Of a DNA stretch of 64,000 nucleotides, positions 11,867 through 21,545 are shown one piece after another. This stretch comes from Candidatus Bathyarchaeota archaeon (GTDB lineage: Archaea; Thermoproteota; Bathyarchaeia; Bathyarchaeales; Bathycorpusculaceae). Each line of letters begins with the position of its first letter. The first letter of the stretch is position 1. The stretch lies in assembly GCA_023512225.1 (NCBI GenBank), contig JAIMAA010000001.1, forward strand, positions 8,876 through 72,875, written 5' to 3'. The notes under the pieces are model-generated. The model did no database searches. It had not been told where the DNA came from and saw only the letters and a list, made by a program, of their open reading frames with translations. The position numbers were made by a program, and so were the translations under genes.

Positions 11867-14233
11867 ATGGAGAAGAAAACGCCGAGAATCGGCATTTTCG
11901 TCTGTGAATGTGGCGGGAACATAGGCGATGTTGTTGACGTTAAAGCGGTTATTGAGGCAATTAAAAGTTGGGAAGACGTAGCGGTAGCCAAATATCACAA
12001 GTATTTGTGCTCAAAACCAGCCCAAGAAATGATTATTGACGCCATAAAAAAAGAGAATTTGGACAGAGTTGTAGTCGCTAGCTGCACGCCACGTATGCAC
12101 CTTGCTACTTTTCAGAGCGTGCTGGAAAGAGCTGGATTAAATCCGTACATGCTCGAGTTTGTGAATATTCGAGAGCAAGATTCTTGGGTTATGGGTCCAC
12201 ACCCATCGCAAGAAGCTACAAAGAAAGCGATAAGCTTGATTAGAGGTGGTTATGAGCGGAGTAAGGAGCTTGAGCCTTTAGAAACTATAAGCGAGAAGGG
12301 TTCGCGGGAAATTCTCATTGTGGGCGGTGGGATTGCTGGGATTACGGCTGCGCTTGAGCTTGGTTATTTGGGTTATAAAGTTCACCTTGTAGAGCGTAAG
12401 CCGAGTATTGGCGGGAACATGGCGAAGTTGACGAAGGTTTTTCCAACTTTGGATTGCGCCCAGTGTATTTTGACACCGAGGATGGCTGAAGTTGGGAGGA
12501 ACCCGAATGTTAATTTACTTACTTATGCTGAAGTGCAGGAAGTTAGTGGGCGTCCTGGCAATTACAATGTTAAAGTGTTTATGAAACCTCGTGGTGTTGA
12601 CGTTCAGAAGTGCAGAAGCTGCGGCGTGTGCGCGAAAGTTTGTCCGATTTCTGTTCCGGACGAGTTTAATGAAGGTTTGTCGAAGAGAAAGGCGGCTTAC
12701 ATTGAATTTCCACAGGCTGTTCCGTCTGCTTACGCGATAGATTTTGAGGCGTGTAACAAATGCAGAAAATGTGAGCAGCTTTGCCCTGCTAAAGCCATAA
12801 ACATAGATGATGCTGGTCAAACCGTTGAGTTGAAAGTTGGCGGCATAATTTTGGCTACTGGTTATCAGCTTTATGATGCGCATAAGCTGGAGACGTTGGG
12901 CTATGGCACTTACAAAGACGTTATAACAATGATGGATTTGGAGCGGCTCGTTTCTGCAACTGGCCCAACTGGCGGGTATGTTAAGCGTGCGGATGGTAGT
13001 GATGTTAAGCGTGTGGCGATTGTTTTGTGTGCGGGTTCGCGTGATAAGAAGTATATTCCTTATTGTAGCCGCATTTGTTGTATGTACGCGTTGAAGCAAG
13101 CTTTTGTTTTGAAGAAAATGTTGGGTATTGACGTTACAATTTATTATACGGATATTAGGGCGACTGGGAAGGGCTACGAGGATTTGTATTGGCGTGATCA
13201 GGAAGCGGGTGTTACTTTTATTCGTGGAAAAGTGGCGGAAGTTTTCAAGAATAACAGCAACGGTAAGCTGATTGTTCAGGCTGAGGACACGTTGACTGGC
13301 GAAGTTGGCGAAGCGGAGTTTGATATGGTTGCTTTGGCGACGCCGATGGTTCCGCCGGCTGGGTTGAAGGAGCTTGCGGATAAGATGAAGGTTTCGATTG
13401 GCGAGGACGGTTTCATAACTGAGAAGCATCCGAAGCTTGACCCTGTTGATTCGCTTGTTACGGGAATTTATGCTTGTGGTTGTGCTTTGAGTCCGAAGGA
13501 TGTGCGGGACACGGTTAGTGATGGTTTGGGGGCTGCTGCTAAGGCTGCTTTGTTTTTGAAGAGTGATTACGTGACGACTAGTCCTGAAAAGGCGTTTGTG
13601 ATTGCGGATTTGTGTAATGGTTGTCAGGCGTGTGTGCCTGTTTGTCCAGTTAATGCGATAGCTATGGTGGATGGTAAAGCGAAAATTGACCCGTTTCAGT
13701 GTATTGGCTGTGGTGCTTGTATTCCTGTTTGTCCAGTGGAGGCGATTGATTTCAAGAATTCGACGAGTAGGCAGATTTTTGCGCAGTTGCGTGGTGTGCT
13801 TGCGGATAAGGCTATTGGTGAAGTGCGGGTTGTGGCGTTTGTGGATAAGAATGTTGGTTATACGGGTATGGACTTTTTGGGTTTGGACAGGGCGAATTAT
13901 CCAGAAAACATAAGGATTGTTGCGGTTCCTTCCACGGCTATTTTGGGTAAGAAGCATTTGTTGAGCGCGTTTGCTTTTGGCGCGGATGGTGTTTTGGTGA
14001 TTGAGGGCAGCGAGGAGATTGATGAGAAGTTTACGAAGAAGCGGATGATTGAGTTGGGTCGGGAGTTAGCGCAGTTTGGCGTTGAGAGTATGCGTGTGCG
14101 GTACAGTTATGTGCCCTTGCCGGTTTACAAGAAGGCTGCAGAGTTGTTTTCGATGTTTACGGATAGGATTAAGAAGTTTGGACCTTTAGCGGAAGATAAG
14201 CGGAATGCGATAAGGCAGAAGTTGAATGTTTAG
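11867..14233 (+). CDS. hdrA: HdrA-like flavoprotein fused to a cysteine-less MvhD-like domain
   Basis: IGIFVCECG, VVASCTP, GGGIAG, FPTLDC, CAGSRD, CSRICCMY, ferredoxin motifs; ATG at 11867 preferred to 11813. Confidence 0.88.
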   Translation: MEKKTPRIGIFVCECGGNIGDVVDVKAVIEAIKSWEDVAVAKYHKYLCSKPAQEMIIDAIKKENLDRVVVASCTPRMHLATFQSVLERAGLNPYMLEFVNIREQDSWVMGPHPSQEATKKAISLIRGGYERSKELEPLETISEKGSREILIVGGGIAGITAALELGYLGYKVHLVERKPSIGGNMAKLTKVFPTLDCAQCILTPRMAEVGRNPNVNLLTYAEVQEVSGRPGNYNVKVFMKPRGVDVQKCRSCGVCAKVCPISVPDEFNEGLSKRKAAYIEFPQAVPSAYAIDFEACNKCRKCEQLCPAKAINIDDAGQTVELKVGGIILATGYQLYDAHKLETLGYGTYKDVITMMDLERLVSATGPTGGYVKRADGSDVKRVAIVLCAGSRDKKYIPYCSRICCMYALKQAFVLKKMLGIDVTIYYTDIRATGKGYEDLYWRDQEAGVTFIRGKVAEVFKNNSNGKLIVQAEDTLTGEVGEAEFDMVALATPMVPPAGLKELADKMKVSIGEDGFITEKHPKLDPVDSLVTGIYACGCALSPKDVRDTVSDGLGAAAKAALFLKSDYVTTSPEKAFVIADLCNGCQACVPVCPVNAIAMVDGKAKIDPFQCIGCGACIPVCPVEAIDFKNSTSRQIFAQLRGVLADKAIGEVRVVAFVDKNVGYTGMDFLGLDRANYPENIRIVAVPSTAILGKKHLLSAFAFGADGVLVIEGSEEIDEKFTKKRMIELGRELAQFGVESMRVRYSYVPLPVYKKAAELFSMFTDRIKKFGPLAEDKRNAIRQKLNV

Positions 14234-14265
14234 ATGTTGTGTTCTCTTCTGTGCTTCGCGGAAGT

Positions 14266-14308
14266 TATAGCCCCCCTTATAAATAGGTTGAAACTGTGGT
14301 TAGGGTTT
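14266..14308 (-). repeat. Dispersed oriented intergenic motif, copy 2 (inverted)
   Basis: Minus strand reads AAACCCTAACCACAGTTTCAACCTATTTATAAGGGGGGCTATA. Confidence 0.9.
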
Positions 14309-14376
14309 TGTGGTGAATTGTGTGTTTTTAATGTGCACTATATTGATTGGATGTTTTAATGAAAAAATGGAGTGTG

Positions 14377-15999
14377 TTATTGTTTTCTTTTTCTTTTGTA
14401 GGCTACGGTTGGCAGTAGCGTTGCTGGGGTGAGTAACAGCATAAGCGTTGGAAGCGTGTATTCTGGGATGACGTGGTATGACAATGCGAATCCCATTCCT
14501 TCAGTTGTTCTTATGTTGTTGGCGTTGTCTTCTGCTATGATTATGTAGGTTATGGTTGTGCAGTATGAGAAGGCTGGTATTGTAGTGTTCCAGATGTCTG
14601 ATATGTAAAACTCCATTGTTTGGGTGAACCATGTTCCATTGCCGGTGGTATAGTTTAATGTTACCTGTTTTACTCCGCTTTGGTCGTCTGTTACGTTGGC
14701 GAAGACTATTACCGTGTCAGTTGGATACACATTGTTTTTGTCTGGTTGTTGGTAAACATCGTTTATTGAGGGCGGGGTTGAGTCTGTTTCTATTTTGAAT
14801 AGGTATAGGCTATCGTAGCCCGGTCCTGCCATGGCTACTGTTGTGCCGGCTGTGGACATTGAAACCATTTTTGCAAGTTCCGGCAGTGTAATATTGCCTA
14901 TGATGTTGCTGTCTGCCGTTAGGAAGTAGGCTGAATAATCACCTGACAAGGGGTCCATGGTTGGAACTACCATTATGCTTCCGTCTTTGCTTATTGCCAC
15001 ATCATAAATGTTTATTTCAGTTAGGTTGACCCAGTCTTCGGTTTGTGTTCCTTCGCGTGTTCTGGCGTTTGCCCAGTAATGCACGCTAGTTAGGTTGATT
15101 CCTCCAGTTACCACCGTGTTGCCGTTGCCGCTAATGTCTACGCAGCTGAATGAGCCTGGATTTGTCCATGTTGGGTCTGGGTCGCCTGTGAGGTTTGTGG
15201 CGTTTGCCCAGTAATATAGGGTTGATGGGATGGGTCCCTCGTCTATTGCTGCTACTGCGTAACCATCATCTGACAGTGCTAGTTCCGTTATTAAGTTGGG
15301 TAGTTGACTCTGTGACATCCAAGTTGGCGATGGATTTCCTTCGAGCGTGTCTGCGTCTTTGAAGAAGATTACAAATCCGCCTTCGAAGCCTGTTCCACCA
15401 CCTGCTACATATTTACCGTTTGGTGAAATGTGAACAGTGCGGTAGTCGCTTACGCCTGCCATGCAGTTCCATGTTGGGGTTTGGCCTGACCCTGTTCGTG
15501 CTGTGCATCCGGCGTAGTACCATATGCTTATGCCTGTTCCGCCTACTACCGTGTAGTTGCCGTTTGCCGACATATCCAAAGTGCCCTTCTCTACTGGGCC
15601 TGGACCCATGCCGATGCTTGTCCATGTCGGCGTGGTTTGGCTGCCGGTTCTTTGAGTTGACTGGTTAAAGTAATGCAGGTAGCCGTTGGTGTCGCCTGCT
15701 ACGACGTAGTCGCCGTCAGCCGATATCGCCACGGATAGGAGCGTGTCTACTTCTGGCTGGTAGGACCATATTGGGTTTGGACTGTCCGCGTCAAAATAGC
15801 ATAAGCCTGTGTCATTTACTGCGGCTAGGTAGTTGCCGTCGGCTGAAACTGCTACGTCGTGTACTTGCATGGGGTTTGTCCATAAGAGTTGTATGGTTGT
15901 TTTTGTGGCGTTTGCCGGGTTTGTTGAAATGAATTTCATGTATAGTAGAGTGGATAGCAGTATTGTTAGTGTTAGGGTGAGAACGATTTTTCTTTTCAT
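14377..15999 (-). CDS. Secreted beta-propeller surface protein with PEF-CTERM-like anchor
   Basis: Signal peptide; repeated (V/I)S.DG.Y blades ending G...PTW; many NxT sites; C-terminal VIPEY, hydrophobic helix, KRKRK. Confidence 0.7.
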   Translation of the reverse strand: MKRKIVLTLTLTILLSTLLYMKFISTNPANATKTTIQLLWTNPMQVHDVAVSADGNYLAAVNDTGLCYFDADSPNPIWSYQPEVDTLLSVAISADGDYVVAGDTNGYLHYFNQSTQRTGSQTTPTWTSIGMGPGPVEKGTLDMSANGNYTVVGGTGISIWYYAGCTARTGSGQTPTWNCMAGVSDYRTVHISPNGKYVAGGGTGFEGGFVIFFKDADTLEGNPSPTWMSQSQLPNLITELALSDDGYAVAAIDEGPIPSTLYYWANATNLTGDPDPTWTNPGSFSCVDISGNGNTVVTGGINLTSVHYWANARTREGTQTEDWVNLTEINIYDVAISKDGSIMVVPTMDPLSGDYSAYFLTADSNIIGNITLPELAKMVSMSTAGTTVAMAGPGYDSLYLFKIETDSTPPSINDVYQQPDKNNVYPTDTVIVFANVTDDQSGVKQVTLNYTTGNGTWFTQTMEFYISDIWNTTIPAFSYCTTITYIIIAEDNANNIRTTEGMGFALSYHVIPEYTLPTLMLLLTPATLLPTVAYKRKRKQ

Positions 16000-16197
16000 A
16001 ACACATCATTCCAGTATCTTTCGCACGATTGATTTTTAATACTTGCGCATGTTAACCCACTCGCTTTCAGTCCTATTCTGAATAATCTATTGTTAAGTGC
16101 AAAAAGAAACAAGTTCTTCAAATGAAAGTTGTAGTATTAAGTCGCAAAGTTTTAATTTCTGCTGCCGACTCACCAATTATCTGGACGGTTATCGGTC

Positions 16198-19005
16198 TTG
16201 GTTACCTTGCATCTTGACAAGATTTTTAACCCTCAAAGCGTCGCCATAATCGGCGCAAGCGACGAAGAAGGCACAGTCGGCTATGCGCTAATGAAAAATT
16301 TTACCCAACTTGGTTTTGAAGGCACAGTCTACCCCGTTAACATTCGCAAACCCGAAATAATGGGTCTAAAGGCTTACCAGTCTGTTGACCAAATCCCAGA
16401 AACAGTCGATTTGGCTGTTATTGCCACTCCAGCCAAAACTGTCCCAGACGTAGTCGAACAATGCGGCAAAGCGGGAATAAAAGGTATAATCATAATCAGC
16501 GCGGGCTTCAAAGAAATTGGCGCAGAAGGCAAAGCCTTAGAAGATAAAATAACCGAAATAAAACGCAAATACGGCTTACGCATCATCGGACCAAACTGTT
16601 TAGGCATAATCCGCCCAAGCATAAACTTAAACGCAACTTTCATAAGCAAAATGCCTAAACCCGGCAACATCGCCTTCATCAGCCAATCCGGCGCGCTCGG
16701 CGCAGCAATACTTGACTGGGCAATCCACGAAAACATAGGCTTCAGCAACTTCGTCTCAGTCGGCTCAATGATAGACGTAGACTTCGGCGACCTCATCGAC
16801 TACTTCGGAACAGACCCAAAAACCCGCAGCATCCTCATGTACATAGAAGGCATAACAAACGCACGAAAATTCCTAAGCGCAGCCCGCCACTTCGCACGCA
16901 CTAAACCCATAATCGTAGTAAAAGCAGGCAAATTCACAGAAAGCGCAAAAGCCGCTGCCAGCCACACAGGCTCACTCACAGGCGAAGACAACATATACGA
17001 CGCAGCATTCAAACGCGCAGGCATGGTACGCGTCGAAGAAATCGCAGACCTATTCAACGCCGCCGAAGTTTTAGGCATGCAGCCCCTGCCAAAAGGACCA
17101 AATCTCGCCATAATCACAAACGCCGGCGGACCGGGCGTGATGGCTACTGACGCGTTAATAGCAAGAGGCGGAAAACTCGCTAAGCTAAGCCCAAAAACAA
17201 TGGATTATCTCAACAGCTTCTTACCACCTTACTGGAGCCATGGAAACCCAATCGACATTCTAGGAGACGCTCACGCAGACCGCTACAAGGCAGTTGTTGA
17301 AGCCTGCTTAAACGACGAAAACGTGGACGGCATCCTAATCATCTACACATCTCAAGCCGTGGCTGAACCCGAAGAAATCGCGCAATCCATAGCGGAAGTG
17401 GTGAAAAATAGAGGCTACCAAAACAAGACAATCCTAACCTCCTTCTTGGGACGAGGTTCCGTAGAAAACGCGAACAGCATCCTAAACCAAAACAGCATTC
17501 CAACATACAGTACGCCAGAACAAGCAATCAAAACCTACCTCTACATGTACAACTACAAACGCAATCTGGAACTAATCTACGAAACGCCAGAAGAGCTTCC
17601 AGTCGACGCATCTCCGCCAAAACGTCCAATAATGACCATAATTCGAAACGCCGCCATAGAAAATCGTGAACTCCTAAACGAAGCTGAGGCTAAAAAGCTA
17701 CTCGAATACTACGAGTTTCCAGTAGTAAAAACAATGGTTGCCAAAACACCAGAAGAAGCGGTCTCATGCGCTTCGCAAATCGGCTACCCAGTGGTTCTAA
17801 AAATTCTCTCACCACAAATAACCCACAAAACAGACGCTGGCGGCGTAATCCTCGACCTAAAAAACGAAACCGAACTCCGAGAAGCCTACGAAACCATCAT
17901 AAAAAACGCCAAAGCCTACAACCCCAACGCTGAAATCCAAGGCATAACGGTTCAAAAAATGATAAACAAACGAGGCTACGAAGTGATACTCGGCGCCAAA
18001 ACCGACCCGCTCTTTGGACCAGTAATCCTCTTCGGCATGGGCGGCGTCGGCGTGGAACTTTTCAAAGACTTCTCCTTGGAACTGCCACCCTTGAACCAGA
18101 CACTGGTGAGGCGGATGATGGAAGAAACCAAAGTATACCAGCTTCTAAAAGGCTACAGAAACGTGCCGCCAGCCAACATCAAACTCCTCGAAGAAATCAT
18201 CGTGCGCTTCTCCCAACTGCTCATTGACTTTCCACAAATAAAAGAAATCGACATCAACCCGCTCTTCATAAACGAAAAAGACGCCTGCGCCATAGACGCA
18301 CGCATACTCATAGACAAAGAACGCGTCTTTCAAAAAATCGAGCCCCACCAACACTTGGTCATAAGCCCATACCCAAAGAAATACGAGACTCTGTGGCGAA
18401 TGCGTGACGGACGCATTGTGCTTTTAAGACCAATAAAACCAGAAGATGAACCCTTATGGCTGGAAATGTTCCAAAACTTCAGCGAAGAATCCATACGCTA
18501 CCGCTTCTTCCAAATAATTAAAGACACACCGCATGAAATGCGAGTACGCTACTGCAACATCGACTACGACCGCGAAATCGCCATAATCGCCGAACTAACC
18601 GAAGAAGGACGCAGAAAAATCCTAGGCGTCGTCCGCGTAAGCATCGAACCAGACGGAAAAGCCGGCGAAATCGCGTTTATAATCGCAGATCCATGGCAAG
18701 GACTCGGCTTAGGAACAAAAATGGTTGACTACACAATCGACATATGCAAGGACATGAAAATCGAAACGCTATACGCGATAATGTTGCCAGACAACCACCG
18801 AGCCATTAACCTAACGCGCAAAATGGGCTTCACGCTGAAGTACATGGAAGACGGCACAGTCAAAGGCACGCTTAACCTCAAAGAAGAAGAAACCGCCAAA
18901 TGCAAAGAACCGAAGATCATGGAACAAACACCAGAGCAAGCAAAGCCTCAATCTGAACAAGTTAAACAGAAAGAAGCGGAAAACCGCGAAGCAACGATTG
19001 CCTAA
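16198..19005 (+). CDS. ADP-forming acyl-CoA synthetase (alpha-beta) fused to a C-terminal GNAT (Pat/YfiQ architecture)
   Basis: IGPNCLG, SQSGA, SHTGS, NAGGPGV, HKTDAGGV, DINPL; GNAT with LRPIKPED and WQGLGLG. Confidence 0.88.
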   Translation: MVTLHLDKIFNPQSVAIIGASDEEGTVGYALMKNFTQLGFEGTVYPVNIRKPEIMGLKAYQSVDQIPETVDLAVIATPAKTVPDVVEQCGKAGIKGIIIISAGFKEIGAEGKALEDKITEIKRKYGLRIIGPNCLGIIRPSINLNATFISKMPKPGNIAFISQSGALGAAILDWAIHENIGFSNFVSVGSMIDVDFGDLIDYFGTDPKTRSILMYIEGITNARKFLSAARHFARTKPIIVVKAGKFTESAKAAASHTGSLTGEDNIYDAAFKRAGMVRVEEIADLFNAAEVLGMQPLPKGPNLAIITNAGGPGVMATDALIARGGKLAKLSPKTMDYLNSFLPPYWSHGNPIDILGDAHADRYKAVVEACLNDENVDGILIIYTSQAVAEPEEIAQSIAEVVKNRGYQNKTILTSFLGRGSVENANSILNQNSIPTYSTPEQAIKTYLYMYNYKRNLELIYETPEELPVDASPPKRPIMTIIRNAAIENRELLNEAEAKKLLEYYEFPVVKTMVAKTPEEAVSCASQIGYPVVLKILSPQITHKTDAGGVILDLKNETELREAYETIIKNAKAYNPNAEIQGITVQKMINKRGYEVILGAKTDPLFGPVILFGMGGVGVELFKDFSLELPPLNQTLVRRMMEETKVYQLLKGYRNVPPANIKLLEEIIVRFSQLLIDFPQIKEIDINPLFINEKDACAIDARILIDKERVFQKIEPHQHLVISPYPKKYETLWRMRDGRIVLLRPIKPEDEPLWLEMFQNFSEESIRYRFFQIIKDTPHEMRVRYCNIDYDREIAIIAELTEEGRRKILGVVRVSIEPDGKAGEIAFIIADPWQGLGLGTKMVDYTIDICKDMKIETLYAIMLPDNHRAINLTRKMGFTLKYMEDGTVKGTLNLKEEETAKCKEPKIMEQTPEQAKPQSEQVKQKEAENREATIA

Positions 19006-19142
19006 AAACGCGCCAACCTTTAAATTAAGCTTAACGCATGGAGCTTAACAATCATTTTTCTATTTACTAATGGCTAAATTTAAATTATAGAAGCTGCAAT
19101 TATCATATTCTTTCATCAAAATAACCCCAAACAGGTGACAAA

Positions 19143-20081
19143 ATGAACAAGCTTAAAGTTGCCTTCTATTGGGCTGCAAGCTGCGGAGGCTGCGAAATTG
19201 CAGTTTTAGACATCAACGAAAAAATCCTTAACGTCATACAAATCGCTGACATTGTTTTCTGGCCCGTAGCCATGGACATAAAATACAAAGACGTCGAAGC
19301 CATGCCCGACAAAAGCATAGACGTTTGCTTCTTCAACGGCGCCATAAGAACAGAAGAAAACGAACACATGGCAAAACTTCTAAGAAAAAAGTCGAAACTT
19401 CTCGTGGCTTTCGGTTCATGCGCCTGCGACGGATGCGTAATAGGACTAGGAAACCTCTGGAATAAAGAAAAAATCTTCGAACGCGCTTACTTTGAAACTC
19501 CGTCAACTAAAAACCCTCAATCCGTAACCCCTCAAACTCACCTCAAAATAAAAGAAGGAGAACTTGAACTACCAAAATTTTACGACACTGTGAAAACTTT
19601 AGCCCAAACCGTAGACGTTGACTATTTCTTATCTGGATGTCCACCGCCAATACCCAGCATACTCCAAGCCTTCGAAGCAATCGCAAGCGGCAAACTCCCG
19701 CCAAAAGGCTCCAGCCTCCTCCCGACAAAGGCAGTCTGCGACGAATGCCCAAGAGAAAAGAAAGACCGAAAACTCCACGAAATAAAAAGAATCTACGAAA
19801 TAGACGATGACTTCAAAACGTGCTTCTGGGACCAACAAGTAATATGCATGGGACCCGCAACACGCGCAGGATGCGGCGCACAATGCCCAAAAGTGAACAT
19901 ACCATGCACTGGCTGTGGTGGTCCAGCACCACGCGTAAGCGACCAAGGAGCCGCAACGATAAGTGCTCTGGCATCCATAGCCACAGACCCAAGCGTTATT
20001 GAAAAGATTGTTGACCCCGTTGGAACTTTCTACAAGTATTCTCTTGCCAACTCGATATTGCGGAGGAAAATAATGAAATGA
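19143..20081 (+). CDS. mvhG: Group 3c [NiFe]-hydrogenase small subunit, copy 1
   Basis: ASCGGC, FGSCA, GCPP, VCDECP, CMGPATRAGC..CP..CTGCGG. Confidence 0.9.
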   Translation: MNKLKVAFYWAASCGGCEIAVLDINEKILNVIQIADIVFWPVAMDIKYKDVEAMPDKSIDVCFFNGAIRTEENEHMAKLLRKKSKLLVAFGSCACDGCVIGLGNLWNKEKIFERAYFETPSTKNPQSVTPQTHLKIKEGELELPKFYDTVKTLAQTVDVDYFLSGCPPPIPSILQAFEAIASGKLPPKGSSLLPTKAVCDECPREKKDRKLHEIKRIYEIDDDFKTCFWDQQVICMGPATRAGCGAQCPKVNIPCTGCGGPAPRVSDQGAATISALASIATDPSVIEKIVDPVGTFYKYSLANSILRRKIMK

Positions 20082-21535
20082 AAGAAATAGTAATCAACCC
20101 AATCACTCGGCTTGAGGGTCACGGAAAAATAACAATATTCCTAAACGACAAAGGCGACGTGGAAAACGCTTACTTCCAAGTTCCAGAACTCAGAGGCTTC
20201 GAAAAGTTCTGCGAAGGAAGAAGAGCCGAGGACCTGCCCATAATAACCACGAGAATCTGCGGTGTATGTCCAGTTGCTCATCACATGGCAAGCGCCAAAG
20301 CCCTAGACGCAGCGTTTAACGTGGAACCAACAGAAACAGCCAAAAAACTAAGAGAGCTAGAGTATGTCGCCTACTTCATTTACGACCACATCTTACACTT
20401 CTATTTCTTAGGCGGTCCAGACTTCGTAGTGGGACCCGATGCTCCACCAGCAAAAAGAAACGTTCTCGGCGTAATAGAAAAGGCCGGCTTAGAAATCGGC
20501 AAAGAAGTCATTAAGCATAGAGCTTATGGGCAAAAAATAACCGGCATGCTCGGCGGAAGACCCACCCATCCTGTGAGCGCTTGCGTGCCCGGCGGAATCG
20601 CTAAGGCTTTGTCTGAGGAAGAGCGGCGAGAAATAGAAACGATGGTTAGAAGCTGCGTGGAGTTTGCAAAGTTTAGCCTGAAACTCTTTGACGATATAGT
20701 TCTCAAAAACGCTGACTACGTGAACCTAATCAAAAGCGAGCCCTACACGCTTAAAACCTATTACATGGGAACTGTTGACAAAAACAACCACGTGAACTTC
20801 TATGACGGCAAAGTTCGAGTAGTAGACCCGAACGGGAAAGAATTCGTGAAATTTGCCCCTTCAGAATACTTAGACACCATCGAGGAACACGTTGAACCAT
20901 GGACATACGTCAAACTGCCATATCTAAAGAAAGTTGGATGGAACGGGTTCGTTGACGGAGTGGAAAGCGGCATTTACCGTGTTGGACCTTTAGGCAGATT
21001 GAATGCCGCTGAAGGCATGGCAACGCCCTTGGCAAATGAAGAATACAAGAGAATGTACAAAACACTCGGCGGCAAACCCGTCCACGCCACACTAGCTTTT
21101 CACTGGGCACGATTAATTGAGCTTTTATACGCTACAGAACGTGCACTGGAGCTGGTAACAGATCCGGACATAACGAAGAAGGACATTAAGAACAAGCCTG
21201 GAAAACCCGGAGAAGGCGTCGGCATTGTGGAAGCAGCGAGAGGAACACTTATTCACCATTACATACTTGACGAGAAAGCTTTAGCCAAAAAAGTCAACTT
21301 GATAGTGGCTACGACTCACAATGCGCCTGGCATTTGCATGTCAATAAAGAATGCGGCAACGGGTCTGATACGCAATGGCAAAGTCAGCGATGGAATATTG
21401 AACATGGTTGAAATGGCTTTCAGGGCTTATGACCCATGCTTTGCTTGTGCTACGCACTTTGCTGTTGGCGAGATGCCGCTTGAAGTTGAAATTTACGATA
21501 GCGAAAAGCGTTTAGTAAAAAAGTTGAGAAGGTGA
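20078..21535 (+). CDS. mvhA: Group 3c [NiFe]-hydrogenase large subunit, copy 1
   Basis: TRLEGHG, RICGVC (L1), DPCFACATH (L2) plus a cleavable C-terminal extension. Confidence 0.92.
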   Translation: MKEIVINPITRLEGHGKITIFLNDKGDVENAYFQVPELRGFEKFCEGRRAEDLPIITTRICGVCPVAHHMASAKALDAAFNVEPTETAKKLRELEYVAYFIYDHILHFYFLGGPDFVVGPDAPPAKRNVLGVIEKAGLEIGKEVIKHRAYGQKITGMLGGRPTHPVSACVPGGIAKALSEEERREIETMVRSCVEFAKFSLKLFDDIVLKNADYVNLIKSEPYTLKTYYMGTVDKNNHVNFYDGKVRVVDPNGKEFVKFAPSEYLDTIEEHVEPWTYVKLPYLKKVGWNGFVDGVESGIYRVGPLGRLNAAEGMATPLANEEYKRMYKTLGGKPVHATLAFHWARLIELLYATERALELVTDPDITKKDIKNKPGKPGEGVGIVEAARGTLIHHYILDEKALAKKVNLIVATTHNAPGICMSIKNAATGLIRNGKVSDGILNMVEMAFRAYDPCFACATHFAVGEMPLEVEIYDSEKRLVKKLRR

Positions 21536-21545
21536 GGGATTAACA

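Noticed and set aside
12515..13957. 480-aa antisense ORF inside hdrA
   Set aside because: Shadow ORF: the G/T third-position bias of hdrA removes antisense stop codons, and the translation has no protein-like motifs.
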